NCBI GenBank assembly: GCA_016793095.1
Contig: JAEUJQ010000037.1
Location: 140,244 to 204,243 of the forward strand
Direction: 5' to 3'
Length of the DNA: 64,000 nucleotides
From: Myxococcaceae bacterium
Lineage (GTDB): Bacteria > Myxococcota > Myxococcia > Myxococcales > Myxococcaceae
The notes beneath the pieces were generated by a model. It was not told the DNA's origin. It ran no database searches and worked only from the letters and a program-made list of their open reading frames with translations. Made by a program: the position numbers and the translations under genes. Below are positions 36,821 to 46,198 of this stretch, piece after piece. Each line of letters begins with the position of its first letter. Position 1 is the stretch's first letter.

Positions 36821-38365
36821 TCAGTGACCACCGGGGAAGCGGCGCGCCATGGCACGCCGGTGCTTGAACTCGAGGAGGAACTGCTCGAAGCGCTCGTCGT
36901 AGAGGGCCTTGTGCGTCGCGCGCGGCTCGAACGTCTTCGTCATGGGGACCAGCGCGTTGACGTCGCGCCACTCGAGCAGCCTGAGCGCGACGAGGCCCAG
37001 CACGCCGGCGCCGCGCGCGTTCGTCATCTGCGGGGCCTCGGCCTGGCGCACCGGGCGGCCCAGCACGTCGGCGTGAAGCTGGCACCACAGCGCCGAGCGG
37101 GCGCCGCCGCCCACCACCGTCACGGCCTTCAGCGGCCGGCCGAGGTTCTCCTCGAGGTGCGTCTGCAGCCAGCGGGTGTTGAGCGCGACGCCTTCGAGCA
37201 CCGCGCGCACGAGGTGCCGCCGGTCATGGCTCAGGGAGAGGCCCGCGAAGCCGCCGCGTACGTGCGGGTCATCGACGGGCGAGCGCTCGCCGTGCAGCCA
37301 GGGCAGCCAGGTGAGGCCGTCGCAGCCGGGCGGCGCCTGCTCGGCGTCGGCGAAGAGCGCCTCGTAGTCCGTCACCCCGAGCAGCTTCTCGGCCACGTGC
37401 TTGAGACCACCGGCGGCGGACTCCTGCTCGTTGCAGAAGAGGTAGCGCCCGGGAATGGCCGCCGGCAGCGACGCCATGTTGTGCGAGAGGTCGGCCTTCT
37501 TGAAGGGCACGTGCGCCAGCAGCCACGACGAGGTGCCGAGGCAGAGGTGCGCGTCGTAGTCGTCCACCGTGCCCGCGCCGATGGCGGCCGTGTGCATGTC
37601 GGCGCCGCCGCTGGCCACCTGCACCTTCGTCGAGACGCCGAGCGCCGCCGCTGACGCCGGGGTGAGCGCTCCGACGATGGAGGACGACGGAACGAGCTCG
37701 GGCAGCTTCTCGCGGTCGAGGCCCGACAGCCTCAGCATCGCGTCGTCGTAGCGGACGGCGTCGATGTCGCGGTTGTCGGTGGCCCAGTGCACGGTGATGG
37801 AGTCGAAGCTCGCGGCGGCGCGGCCCGTCAGCTTCAGGTTCACCCAGTCCTTCGGCTCGAGCAGACAGTGGGCCGCGTCATACGTCGCGCGCTCGTGCTT
37901 CTTGAGCCAGGCGATGTGGCCGACCGGGTCCTTCCCCGACAGGCTGGGCACGCCGCCCGTCTTGCGGAGCCAGGCGAGCGCCTTGAGCGCGCCGTAGCCG
38001 TCCACCGAGGGGAAGCCGCCCGCGAGCCGGCGCACCTCGTCCCGGCCGCGTGAGTCCATCCAGATGAGCGCGGGGCGCAGCGGAGTGCCGGCCTTGTCGA
38101 CGGCCACGGTGCCGCCCCACTGCGAGGAGAGCGAGATGCCGACGACGTCCGACGCGTTCGCGACGCCGCGGGCCCACAGCGCCGTCGCGGCCTTCACCAT
38201 CGCCGCCCACCAGTCCTCTGGGCGCTGCTCGGCCCCACCGCCCGGGAGGAGGTTCACCTCGAGCGGCACCACCTCGCTGTCCACCACCTGCGCGCGAGAC
38301 GAGATGACCGCGGCCTTGAGCCCCGAGGTGCCGAGGTCGAACGCGAGGACGGTTTCGAGGGCCAT
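36821..38365 (-). CDS. FGGY-family carbohydrate kinase (xylulokinase/glycerol-kinase-like).
   Basis: N-terminal LAFDLGTSGLKAAV. FGGY_N and FGGY_C patterns (GTSSW, VVGGGARSALWCQLHADVLGRPV). Confidence 0.85.
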   Translation of the reverse strand: MALETVLAFDLGTSGLKAAVISSRAQVVDSEVVPLEVNLLPGGGAEQRPEDWWAAMVKAATALWARGVANASDVVGISLSSQWGGTVAVDKAGTPLRPALIWMDSRGRDEVRRLAGGFPSVDGYGALKALAWLRKTGGVPSLSGKDPVGHIAWLKKHERATYDAAHCLLEPKDWVNLKLTGRAAASFDSITVHWATDNRDIDAVRYDDAMLRLSGLDREKLPELVPSSSIVGALTPASAAALGVSTKVQVASGGADMHTAAIGAGTVDDYDAHLCLGTSSWLLAHVPFKKADLSHNMASLPAAIPGRYLFCNEQESAAGGLKHVAEKLLGVTDYEALFADAEQAPPGCDGLTWLPWLHGERSPVDDPHVRGGFAGLSLSHDRRHLVRAVLEGVALNTRWLQTHLEENLGRPLKAVTVVGGGARSALWCQLHADVLGRPVRQAEAPQMTNARGAGVLGLVALRLLEWRDVNALVPMTKTFEPRATHKALYDERFEQFLLEFKHRRAMARRFPGGH

Positions 38366-38459
38366 GTGCGGCCGTGCTCTACACGCGGCGTCGTGCTCCT
38401 CGCCACGTTCCTTCCGCCACCATCCTGAACGCTGGGTTTCGGTTCAGCAGGCTCAGCGC

Positions 38460-40394
38460 TCAGCGCTCTGGACGCAGGGCGACGGTGTACGTCCGGTGCG
38501 AGACGAACTCGCTCCCGAGGCGCAGAGCCCAGGCGGCCTCGGTGAGGCAGGCACCCATCGATGAAGAGGTCTCCGTCACCTCGACCTCCACCACCTCGTC
38601 ACCGGTCGCCTCGAGCGTGAGGGTCGACGCCGCGGGCTCGCCGAGCCGCGCCACACAGGCGGCCACGCCCGGCGCCAACAGGGCCCGCAGGAGCCCCTCG
38701 AAGTCCACCGCGCGCCGCACGACTCCGATTCCGCAGCGCGAGCTGGTGCCGCAGCCGCTGCAGCCGATGCCGTGCATGCTGAGCCCGCGCATGGTGCCCT
38801 CCGCGAGCCCAGCGGTGGAGGGAGCAGCCGTCGGCGGCGCTGCGAGCAGGGACGTCTCTGGTGACACCGCCTGAGCGAGGAAGGCGGCGGAGCGAAGCTC
38901 GTCGCTGCTCAACTGCCCGCGCAGGTCATCGAAGCCCACCGCGAGGCCGGGCAGGCGCTTCAACAGCGCGCGGTCGAGCGTCACGTCACGCCGGAACTCC
39001 CGTGCCCAGATGCGCCCGGTGAGCGTCACCTGCTCGGGGGGCTCCGCGTCGACGCCGTGCAGCCGCACCATCGTCCCTTCGTCGAGCTGCGGGTCCAGGC
39101 CGAGGTCGGGCAGCCGCTCGCCGCTCACGGTGAGGCCATCGATGCGCACCGGCCGCACGAGCCCGAGCAAGGTGCGCGCGGCTCTGGCGACATCGGCGGG
39201 AGCTCCGGCCACGCGCACGAAGATGCCACCCGTCGCCTCGGCGACGTCCGCGAGCGGCGCGTCGTCGTCCCGGCGCTCGATGAGGGTTCCGCGGACCTCG
39301 CCGGTGCGTCGCACGACGTGCGCCACGGTGCCGGCGGGCGCCTTCGCGAGCGCGTCGATGGCGGCCTGCGCAGAGAAGCCGTCGCGGAGCAGCTCGTCGG
39401 TGAAGAGCACCACCCGGCCGGCGCCACCCGCCTCCGCGAGCGCCCCTGCTGCCAGCGCAGCGCCCACGTCGAGGTTCGAGCCATTGCCCGGGGCGAGGCG
39501 CTCGGGCGGCGTGGCTGCGAGCAGGCCCGGCACGTCGACGGCGGGCACGAAGCGGCCGAAGAGGCGCTCGGCGAAGCGGCGCGTGAGGACGAGCTCGACC
39601 CGCGCATCGGGCACGTTGGCGAGGTACGGGGCCAGCAGCTCGAGCTGCGCAGCGATGCCGGCCGGTCCCTCGCTGTGGGAGGCGTCGACGACGAAGACGA
39701 CGTTCGGCGCGACGGGCGCCGTCCCCAGCAGCGGCGCGGCGTCGACCTCGAGGCGCCACAGCGTGCGGTCGGTGTCGAGCTGCGCGACGGCCCAGCGCAC
39801 GTCGGCGATGGGCTGCGTCTGGTGCTGCCGCCGCACCACGTAGCCGTCCACTGTCTCCTCGGCGGTCGCGCGGTCGAAGCGCGGCGGCAGCGCGCCGTCT
39901 TCGCGGGGAAGGTCGAACACCAGGACGCCCGCCTCGTAGCGGGGTGCGACGTGGAGCTCGTACGCGACGGTGACGGTCTCCCGCGGCGGCAGGCCGAACA
40001 GCTCGAGGTCGAGCCCTCCCGAGAAGCTCCACTCGAGCTTCCCGATGGGGTCTGGCTGCGCCTCACCCGGGCTGGTGAGGAAACCCCACTGGTCGGCGAC
40101 CTGCTCCTGCGTCGAGAGGCGGGCTGGCACCAGCACGTCGGCGCGGCGCAGGCTCAGCGAGGTGGCCACCACGCCGTCAGGGAGCGGCAGGTGTCTGGTG
40201 AGCGACTGCACCACGTCGTCGTCGTTGCGGAACTGCCGCTGCACCTCGAGCCGCGCGCCGCCCTCCTCGAAGTGCACCTCGACGATGTGGCTCACCTCGG
40301 TGACGCCTGCGCCGCGTCGCTGGAGGCCGGTGAGGTCGTCGGGGCCGCAGGCGACGAGGGCAGGCACCGCGAGGGCGAGGGCGAGCGTGCGCAT
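38460..40394 (-). CDS. Large lipoprotein with a vWA-like domain.
   Basis: An internal Met gives MRTLALALAVPALVACG (lipobox). VVFVVDASHSEG is a MIDAS-like motif. The ORF track gives 38460..40598. Confidence 0.6.
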   Translation of the reverse strand: MRTLALALAVPALVACGPDDLTGLQRRGAGVTEVSHIVEVHFEEGGARLEVQRQFRNDDDVVQSLTRHLPLPDGVVATSLSLRRADVLVPARLSTQEQVADQWGFLTSPGEAQPDPIGKLEWSFSGGLDLELFGLPPRETVTVAYELHVAPRYEAGVLVFDLPREDGALPPRFDRATAEETVDGYVVRRQHQTQPIADVRWAVAQLDTDRTLWRLEVDAAPLLGTAPVAPNVVFVVDASHSEGPAGIAAQLELLAPYLANVPDARVELVLTRRFAERLFGRFVPAVDVPGLLAATPPERLAPGNGSNLDVGAALAAGALAEAGGAGRVVLFTDELLRDGFSAQAAIDALAKAPAGTVAHVVRRTGEVRGTLIERRDDDAPLADVAEATGGIFVRVAGAPADVARAARTLLGLVRPVRIDGLTVSGERLPDLGLDPQLDEGTMVRLHGVDAEPPEQVTLTGRIWAREFRRDVTLDRALLKRLPGLAVGFDDLRGQLSSDELRSAAFLAQAVSPETSLLAAPPTAAPSTAGLAEGTMRGLSMHGIGCSGCGTSSRCGIGVVRRAVDFEGLLRALLAPGVAACVARLGEPAASTLTLEATGDEVVEVEVTETSSSMGACLTEAAWALRLGSEFVSHRTYTVALRPER

Positions 40395-40682
40395 GAACGC
40401 CGGGACACCACGAACGTCCCCGGTGTTCCGGGAATCGGCACGGGTCGTCTGCGGGCTTCCCCAGACGCCCAGCAAGCCGCGGGGTCGGCGAGCCCCACAC
40501 CGGGCGGAGCGCAGCAGGCGCCACACTCCGGGCAAAGGCCACCTTCCGTGCGGGAGGCTGAGACAACGCAGCTCCTCGCGCAGCGCTGCGGAACTCAACC
40601 CCAGCCTCGCGGCTTTCGTGTAGACGACGCCGCGCTCGCGCCCCTCGGGCCCCTCATCGAGCTCACCTCCCAGCTGGGCCTC

Positions 40683-40802
40683 GGCGGACGTCTCGGTGCC
40701 AGCGGCAAGGTGAAGTCGACCGCGCAGCGACGCGCGGCCTCGGCGGACGTCCCGGCGCCAGCGGCAAGGTGAAGTCCACCGCGCAGCGACGCGCGGCCTC
40801 GG
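40683..40802. repeat. 60-bp tandem duplication (2 copies, 4 mismatches) in the 5' region upstream of the vWA lipoprotein gene.
   Basis: CGGCGGACGTC(T/C)CGG(T/C)GCCAGCGGCAAGGTGAAGTC(G/C)ACCGCGCAGCGACGCGCGGCCT occurs twice back to back. Confidence 0.85.
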
Positions 40803-40816
40803 CGGGCGCGGCGAGC

Positions 40817-41263
40817 TCAGCCGGGCAGCGGGAGCTTCAGGAACATGAGGGCGCGGGTGAGGCGCTCGAGGGCCGCCAGCGCAGCGGGCTCGAGGGCGTT
40901 GGCCTTCGCGAGCGCGCGGGCCTCACGCAACGCCCCGGCGTCATCGGTCAGCCCCATCGCGTCAGCGAGGGCGCGCCGGCGCGTGAGCACCTCGTCGATG
41001 AAGGCGCGCGCCTCCTCCTCGGTGATGCGCCCCGCCGCGAGCTCGGCGAGGACGAGGCAGTTGAACTCACGGCAGATCCGCGGACGGTCGTCGTAGATGG
41101 TGCAGCGAACGCCGTCGAGCGCGCGGCAGGGGAACTCCATGGTGTCGGCGTCCAGCACGCTGACGCGCTCTGCGAGGCGTGCGGCCTCGCCTGGCGCGAG
41201 GGGCGCCGTGGCGAACAGCGTCCCGTCACAGCACACGCCGCAAGACAGACAGAGCGCGCTCAT
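40817..41263 (-). CDS. YkgJ-family putative Fe-S/zinc-chelating protein (CxxCxxCC motif).
   Basis: MSALCLSCGVCCDGTLF... matches the CxxCxxCC signature of the UPF0153/YkgJ family. The start was chosen at an internal Met of ORF 40817..41425. Confidence 0.6.
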   Translation of the reverse strand: MSALCLSCGVCCDGTLFATAPLAPGEAARLAERVSVLDADTMEFPCRALDGVRCTIYDDRPRICREFNCLVLAELAAGRITEEEARAFIDEVLTRRRALADAMGLTDDAGALREARALAKANALEPAALAALERLTRALMFLKLPLPG

Positions 41264-41389
41264 CGAGTCACCACCTGCAGGGCCTGCCAGCGCCCTGGCG
41301 TGGTCCAGCATGCCCCGGCGCGGCGCAGAAGGCTGCCCTGAACCGGCGCACCGCGCGGCAGCAGCACGTGGAACCGCCCGGCTTCCCGA

Positions 41390-41405
41390 TGGCACCGGAC
41401 TCGCA
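41390..41405 (+). promoter_or_regulatory. Candidate sigma-54 (-24/-12) promoter TGGCACcggacTCGCA about 35 bp upstream of the MVP-like gene.
   Basis: TGGCAC is perfect, with GG/GC spacing as in the TGGCACG-N4-TTGCW consensus and one mismatch in the -12 element. The GGAGC Shine-Dalgarno lies about 10 nt before the ATG at 41440. Confidence 0.3.
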
Positions 41406-41439
41406 CACCCCCGCCTCGTCCCCAACCTGGAGCTCCGCC

Positions 41440-43593
41440 ATGGCCGACCGCGACGTCCGCGAACGCGACATCCTCATCGCCTCGAACGAGTACGCCTACG
41501 TGCAGGACCTGACCAAGGGCGACATCGTGCTCTACGTCGGGCCCACGAAGATCTCCCTGTCGAACACGGAGCGCCTCGTCGACTTCAAGAACGACCGCTT
41601 CCTGCCGGTGCGCGGTGAAGAGGGCGCCTCGGGCGTGTGCCCCTTCGTGGCCGCGTCGAGCACGCAGTACGTGGTGCTCGAGAACCCCGCGAAGGACCCG
41701 GCGACGAAGCCGGTGAAAGGCAGCAACTCGGCCATCGAGCTGCTCAGCGGGCGGCGCGTCGTGGTGCCCGGGCCGGCGTCGTTTCCGCTGTGGCCGGGAC
41801 AGAAGGCGCGCGTCGTCCCCGGCCACGAGCTGTACGAGGACCAGTACCTGCGCGTGCGCGTGTACGAGCGCATCGAGGGCGACCCGGCGCCCATCGGCAG
41901 CGAGCGCATCGTGAAGGGCAGCGAGGTGAGCTTCTACCTGCCGAAGACGGGGCTCGAGGTGCTGCCCGACGGCGGCGGCTCGTACGTGCGCAACGCGGTG
42001 TCGCTGCTCGACGGGCAGTACTGCGTGCTGCGCGGCCCACGGGGACAACGCCGCTTCGTTCGCGGGCCGGGCGTCGTCTTTCCCGAGGCGTGGGAGGAGT
42101 TCGTCACCGGGGCCGGCGGCGTGCGCGCGTTCCCGGCATACGCGATGCGGCGCGACAAGGGTCTGCACGTGCGCGTGGTGAAGGCGTTCGAAGCGAAGAC
42201 TGGCGACCAGGTGCCGGCGGGCACGTACCAGGCGGGCCAGGAGCTCTTCCTCTCGGGACGCGAGGGCTTCTTCTTCCCCACCGAGTCGCTCGAGGTGCTG
42301 GGCGAGGTGTCGTCGATTCCGCTCGCCGAGAAGGAAGCCATCTACGTGCGCGAGCTCGCGACCGGCCAGCTGCGCACCGTCGCCGGTCCCGCGGCCCACC
42401 TGCCCGACCCGACGAAGGTGCAGGTGGTGCAGCGGCCGCTCGACGCCGAGACCATCAAGCGCTGGGGCCTCAAGGGCTACGACGGCAAGCGCGCGCCGGC
42501 CATCACCATTCCGCCCAGCTACGCGGTGCTGGTGACGGGCAAGACACGGCGCGAGGTGGTGAAGGGCCCGCAGGTGCGCATCCTCGACTTCGAGGAGGAG
42601 CTCGGCGTGCTCGCGCTCTCGACCGGGACGCCCAAGACCGACGCGGCGCCGCTGCCGACCTGCTTCCTCCTGGTGGACGGCAACAAGGTGTCTGACCGCC
42701 TCGAGGTGCGCACGAGCGACCACGTGCAGCTCGAGGTGCGCCTGTCGTACCGCGTGAGCTTCGCGAGCTCACCGGGCGGGGACGACGCGCGCTGGTTCAA
42801 CGTGAGCAACTACGTCGCGTTGCTCTGCGACCACCTGGGCAGCATCGTGCGCGCGGCGGTGCGGTCGACGTCCATCGAGCGGTTCCACGCGGCGAGCACC
42901 GAGATCCTGCGCAGCGCCGTGCTGGGCGAGAAGAAGGGCGACAAGCGCACGGGGCGCGAGTTCGAAGAGAACGGCATGCTCGTGTACGACGTCGAGGTGC
43001 TCGAGGTGAACATCCTCGACGGCGACGTGGACGAGCTGCTCACCGACGCGCAGCGGGCGGCCATCAACTCCGAGGTGACGCGGCGGAAGGAGGAGCTGCG
43101 GCTGCTCACCGAGCAGGCGCGCCACGCGGTGGACCGGGCGGTGTTCGAGGCGCAGCGGCAGACGCAGGAAGCCGAGCTGGTGCTCGAGGCGGCGCGGCGA
43201 CAGCTCACCGCGGCGAAGGCCGAGGGCAAGGTGGAGGCGACGCGCATCGAGGCGCTCGGCAAGGCGAAGACCGACGCCGAGGCGCTCGAGCTGTCGAGCA
43301 AGGCGCAGGTCGAGGCGAAGGCGCGGCTGGCCGAGGTCGAGGCGCGGGCGCTCGAGGTGCAGGTGGCGGCGTTCAAGGCGCAGATGGAGTCGCTGCAGCC
43401 CGAGCTCATCGCGACGCTCAAGACGCTGGGGCACCAGCAGCTCGCCGCGACGCTCACGCAGCACCTGGGGCCGCTCGCCATCCTCGGCGGCGAGAGCGTG
43501 GCCGACGTCGCGAGCCGGTTGCTCTCGGCGCTCCCCGTCGGCGCGAGCGGGACCGACCTCGCCGCGGCGGCGCTCAAGCGGAAGAGCGCGTGA
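41440..43593 (+). CDS. Major vault protein (MVP) homolog: N-terminal vault repeats, shoulder (SPFH-like) domain, cap-helix coiled coil.
   Basis: Colinear matches to human MVP: [25 protein letters not shown] vs [41 protein letters not shown] vs [36 protein letters not shown] vs [37 protein letters not shown] vs FDDFHKNSARIIRTAVFG. Then a long Ala/Glu/Lys coiled coil. Confidence 0.85.
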   Translation: [717 protein letters not shown]

Positions 43594-43672
43594 AGCCATG
43601 AGAGGATGAGGCTGCCCCGGAGGGAGTCATGCCTCGAGACAGTCCAGCACGCCGCTGCTCTGGAGGCCGCCG

Positions 43673-44635
43673 GTGAGCAGGCCGGTGCGCCTCGTCCCGG
43701 GTGACGTCTTCGCACGCTTCGCGAGCCCGACGTGCCGCGGCTCGCTCTCGCGAGACGGCAACCGCTTCGTGGTGGGAGACGACTCGGGCCAGCTCACGAC
43801 ATGGGAGCGCGGCGCGAACGGCCGCTTCGCGCTGCGGGCGCGCATCGTGGTGCCTCCAGCGGGCGCGCACTCGAGGCCGGCCGTGCGCAACACGGCGTGC
43901 GCTCCGGCGGGCGACGTCATCGCGAGCGAGGAGTACGTCTGGGTCCGCCTGCGGCGCTTCGACGACCTGAGCGTCCTCTCCGAGCGGCTGTGCGGTGGGG
44001 CGCAGCGCGTGCTCGACCTCGGCGCGCCGGGCTTCCTCGTCGCGGGCAACTGGATGCTGAAGACGCCGGACCTGAAGGAGGGCGCGCTGCACTCCGGGGA
44101 GGTGTGCGGCGCGGCCGTGCTGCCCTGGAGCAACCAGGTCGTGACGACGGTGGAGCGGCCCTCCGAGGAGACGGCCATGGCGATGCGCACCTGGCAGGGG
44201 ACTGCACCCGTTCAGCTCGTCGACCTCGCCACCGGGAGGCCCGTGCGCACGCTGCTCGACGACACGGTGCTGGCGGCGCTCGCGGTCGATGAGGCCCGGC
44301 GGCGCGTTCTCTTCGCCACGTACGGCGACGCCCCCATCGCGGTGTACGACGAGTCCGGTGCGCAGCTTCCCTCGCTCGGGCAGCGCTCGGGCAGAACCGA
44401 GCTGCTCCTCGTGCGCGACGACTGGATCCTCAGCGTGCCGAACGCCGTCGGCAGAGAGGTCTCCGTCGACTGCTGGGACGCTGCGAGCCTCGAGCCGCTG
44501 GGCAAGGCGAGCTTGCAGCGTCAGTTCAGTCCGCCGTGGATCGCCGCGAGTGCCCGCACGCTCGTCATTCCCGACCTGCCGGCGGGCGAGCCCGGGGCGC
44601 GGTTCGCGGTGCGCGAGTGGTCCATCGACCGCTGA
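43673..44635 (+). CDS. Hypothetical protein with WD40/beta-propeller-like repeats, downstream of the MVP homolog.
   Basis: GTG start. FVVGDDSGQLTTWE is a WD-like strand. The composition is non-artefactual. No catalytic motif. Confidence 0.5.
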   Translation: MSRPVRLVPGDVFARFASPTCRGSLSRDGNRFVVGDDSGQLTTWERGANGRFALRARIVVPPAGAHSRPAVRNTACAPAGDVIASEEYVWVRLRRFDDLSVLSERLCGGAQRVLDLGAPGFLVAGNWMLKTPDLKEGALHSGEVCGAAVLPWSNQVVTTVERPSEETAMAMRTWQGTAPVQLVDLATGRPVRTLLDDTVLAALAVDEARRRVLFATYGDAPIAVYDESGAQLPSLGQRSGRTELLLVRDDWILSVPNAVGREVSVDCWDAASLEPLGKASLQRQFSPPWIAASARTLVIPDLPAGEPGARFAVREWSIDR

Positions 44636-44638
44636 GCG

Positions 44639-45418
44639 TCAGCGCCTCGACTTCGGCGGCAGCGGCACGAACGCGCTCGTTGACGCGACGTACTCGGCGT
44701 AGCCGGGCCGCGCGCCCATCGCCGACTCGAGCAGCGCCACGCCCGACACGCGCACCAGCAGGAACGTCATCAGCGCCGCGCTCGCCACCGTCGGCCAGGC
44801 GCCGCTCGCGACGCCGAAGCACGCGAGGCCCCACCAGGTGACGGCGTCGCCGAAGTAGTTCGGGTGGCGCGTGTACCGCCACAGCCCCTGGTCCATCACG
44901 CGGCCCTTGTTGGCCGGGTTCGCCTTGAAGCGCGCGAGCTGCAGGTCTCCGAGGGACTCGAACGCGACCCCGACCGTCACGAGCGCGGCGCCGACGGCAT
45001 CGAGCCACGTCAGCTCACCGCGCGCGCGAACGGCGAACTGCACCGGCAGCGAGATGAGCCACAGCAGGACACCCTGCAGCGCGAAGACGACGACGAGGCT
45101 CCGGAGCGGCCACGAGGTTCCCGCCCGCGCCCGCATCGCCGCGTAGCGCGGGTCTTCCCCGCGGCCGTGGTTGCGCCAGGTGAGGTACACGCTCAGCCGC
45201 AGGCCCCAGACGCTCACCAGCGCGGCCACCAGCCACCCGCGCGGCGACGGGCCGTTGAGCCAGAGCGACAGCCAGGCCACGAGCACGAAGCCGGTGCCCC
45301 AGAAGAGGTCGACGATGCTCGAGTCACGCAACCGCAGCGACACGAGCCACAGCACGCCCATGCACGTCGCGAGCAGCAGGGCGGTGGCGGCGAGGTCGTT
45401 CACGGCGGCGGGCAGCAT
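44639..45418 (-). CDS. DUF1295 / steroid-5-alpha-reductase / ICMT-like family integral membrane protein.
   Basis: Multi-TM. GLWRYTRHPNYFGD is the hallmark of this family. Confidence 0.8.
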   Translation of the reverse strand: MLPAAVNDLAATALLLATCMGVLWLVSLRLRDSSIVDLFWGTGFVLVAWLSLWLNGPSPRGWLVAALVSVWGLRLSVYLTWRNHGRGEDPRYAAMRARAGTSWPLRSLVVVFALQGVLLWLISLPVQFAVRARGELTWLDAVGAALVTVGVAFESLGDLQLARFKANPANKGRVMDQGLWRYTRHPNYFGDAVTWWGLACFGVASGAWPTVASAALMTFLLVRVSGVALLESAMGARPGYAEYVASTSAFVPLPPKSRR

Positions 45419-45478
45419 GCTCCGATTCGAGCGGAATGGGAGCTTCCGCTCAGCTGGTCGTTCGACGAGAGTTTCGAG

Positions 45479-46198
45479 ATGCCCTTCCTGCTCGCCCTCG
45501 CGCTCACCGCGTCCTCACCACCGCAACCGCTCGACCAGGCCGAGCGCATTCAGCCCGTCGGCTGGAGCGCGGACCAGAAGCGTGTGGCCCTGCGGGTCTT
45601 CTTCGGCGCCGAAGCTTCAGAGGCCGAGGACTGCGCCGGCTACGTCGACGGAGAGGGAAAGAAGTTTCGCACCGGGCTCGCGCTCGTGGTGCTGAACGAG
45701 GGCGCCGTCGAACACACCTTCGTCATCCAGCGGCCCCCGATGGACTCCTGCACGTCGGTGGTCGACGCGAAGGCCGAGCTCGGAGCCGCCAAAGCGAAGC
45801 TCGACGAGCTGGGCATCGACCGCGCCGCGCCGGGCCGAAGCCTCGCGGTGAAGCGCGAGCGCGCGAAGAAGGGCTCGACGGAGCTCTTCCGCGCCACCGA
45901 CGGGAACCGGACCGTGCTCGAGTTCTCGCTGTCGGTCAGCGAGTCGGATGACGGGGTCGATGGGCGTCGGGTCACGACGAAGGGCTCGTGGAAGCGCCTC
46001 CCACCCGCGGGCGTGCCGACGTCGGGCACCCTCACGCTCCCCCCCACCAGCTACTCCCTCATCATGGCCGGCTCGTTCCGCTACGACTTCACCGTGCTCG
46101 CGTCTCCGGCCGGTGACCGGCTGCTCGTCTTCTCGCACGAGCGCCACTCGAACATGCGGGGGAGCTGGAACGTCTCGCGGCTGCTCGACCTGAAGTGA
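45479..46198 (+). CDS. Hypothetical secreted protein.
   Basis: An internal ATG of ORF 44864..46198 gives MPFLLALALTASSP (signal-like). Normal residue composition. Its stop overlaps the next gene's start (ATGA). Confidence 0.5.
   Translation: MPFLLALALTASSPPQPLDQAERIQPVGWSADQKRVALRVFFGAEASEAEDCAGYVDGEGKKFRTGLALVVLNEGAVEHTFVIQRPPMDSCTSVVDAKAELGAAKAKLDELGIDRAAPGRSLAVKRERAKKGSTELFRATDGNRTVLEFSLSVSESDDGVDGRRVTTKGSWKRLPPAGVPTSGTLTLPPTSYSLIMAGSFRYDFTVLASPAGDRLLVFSHERHSNMRGSWNVSRLLDLK

Noticed and set aside
36843-36858. TGGCACGCCGGTGCTT sigma-54-like motif.
   Set aside because: The -12 GC is one position off, and it is on the plus strand inside or at the start of a minus-strand gene with no downstream plus-strand gene. 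Most likely chance.
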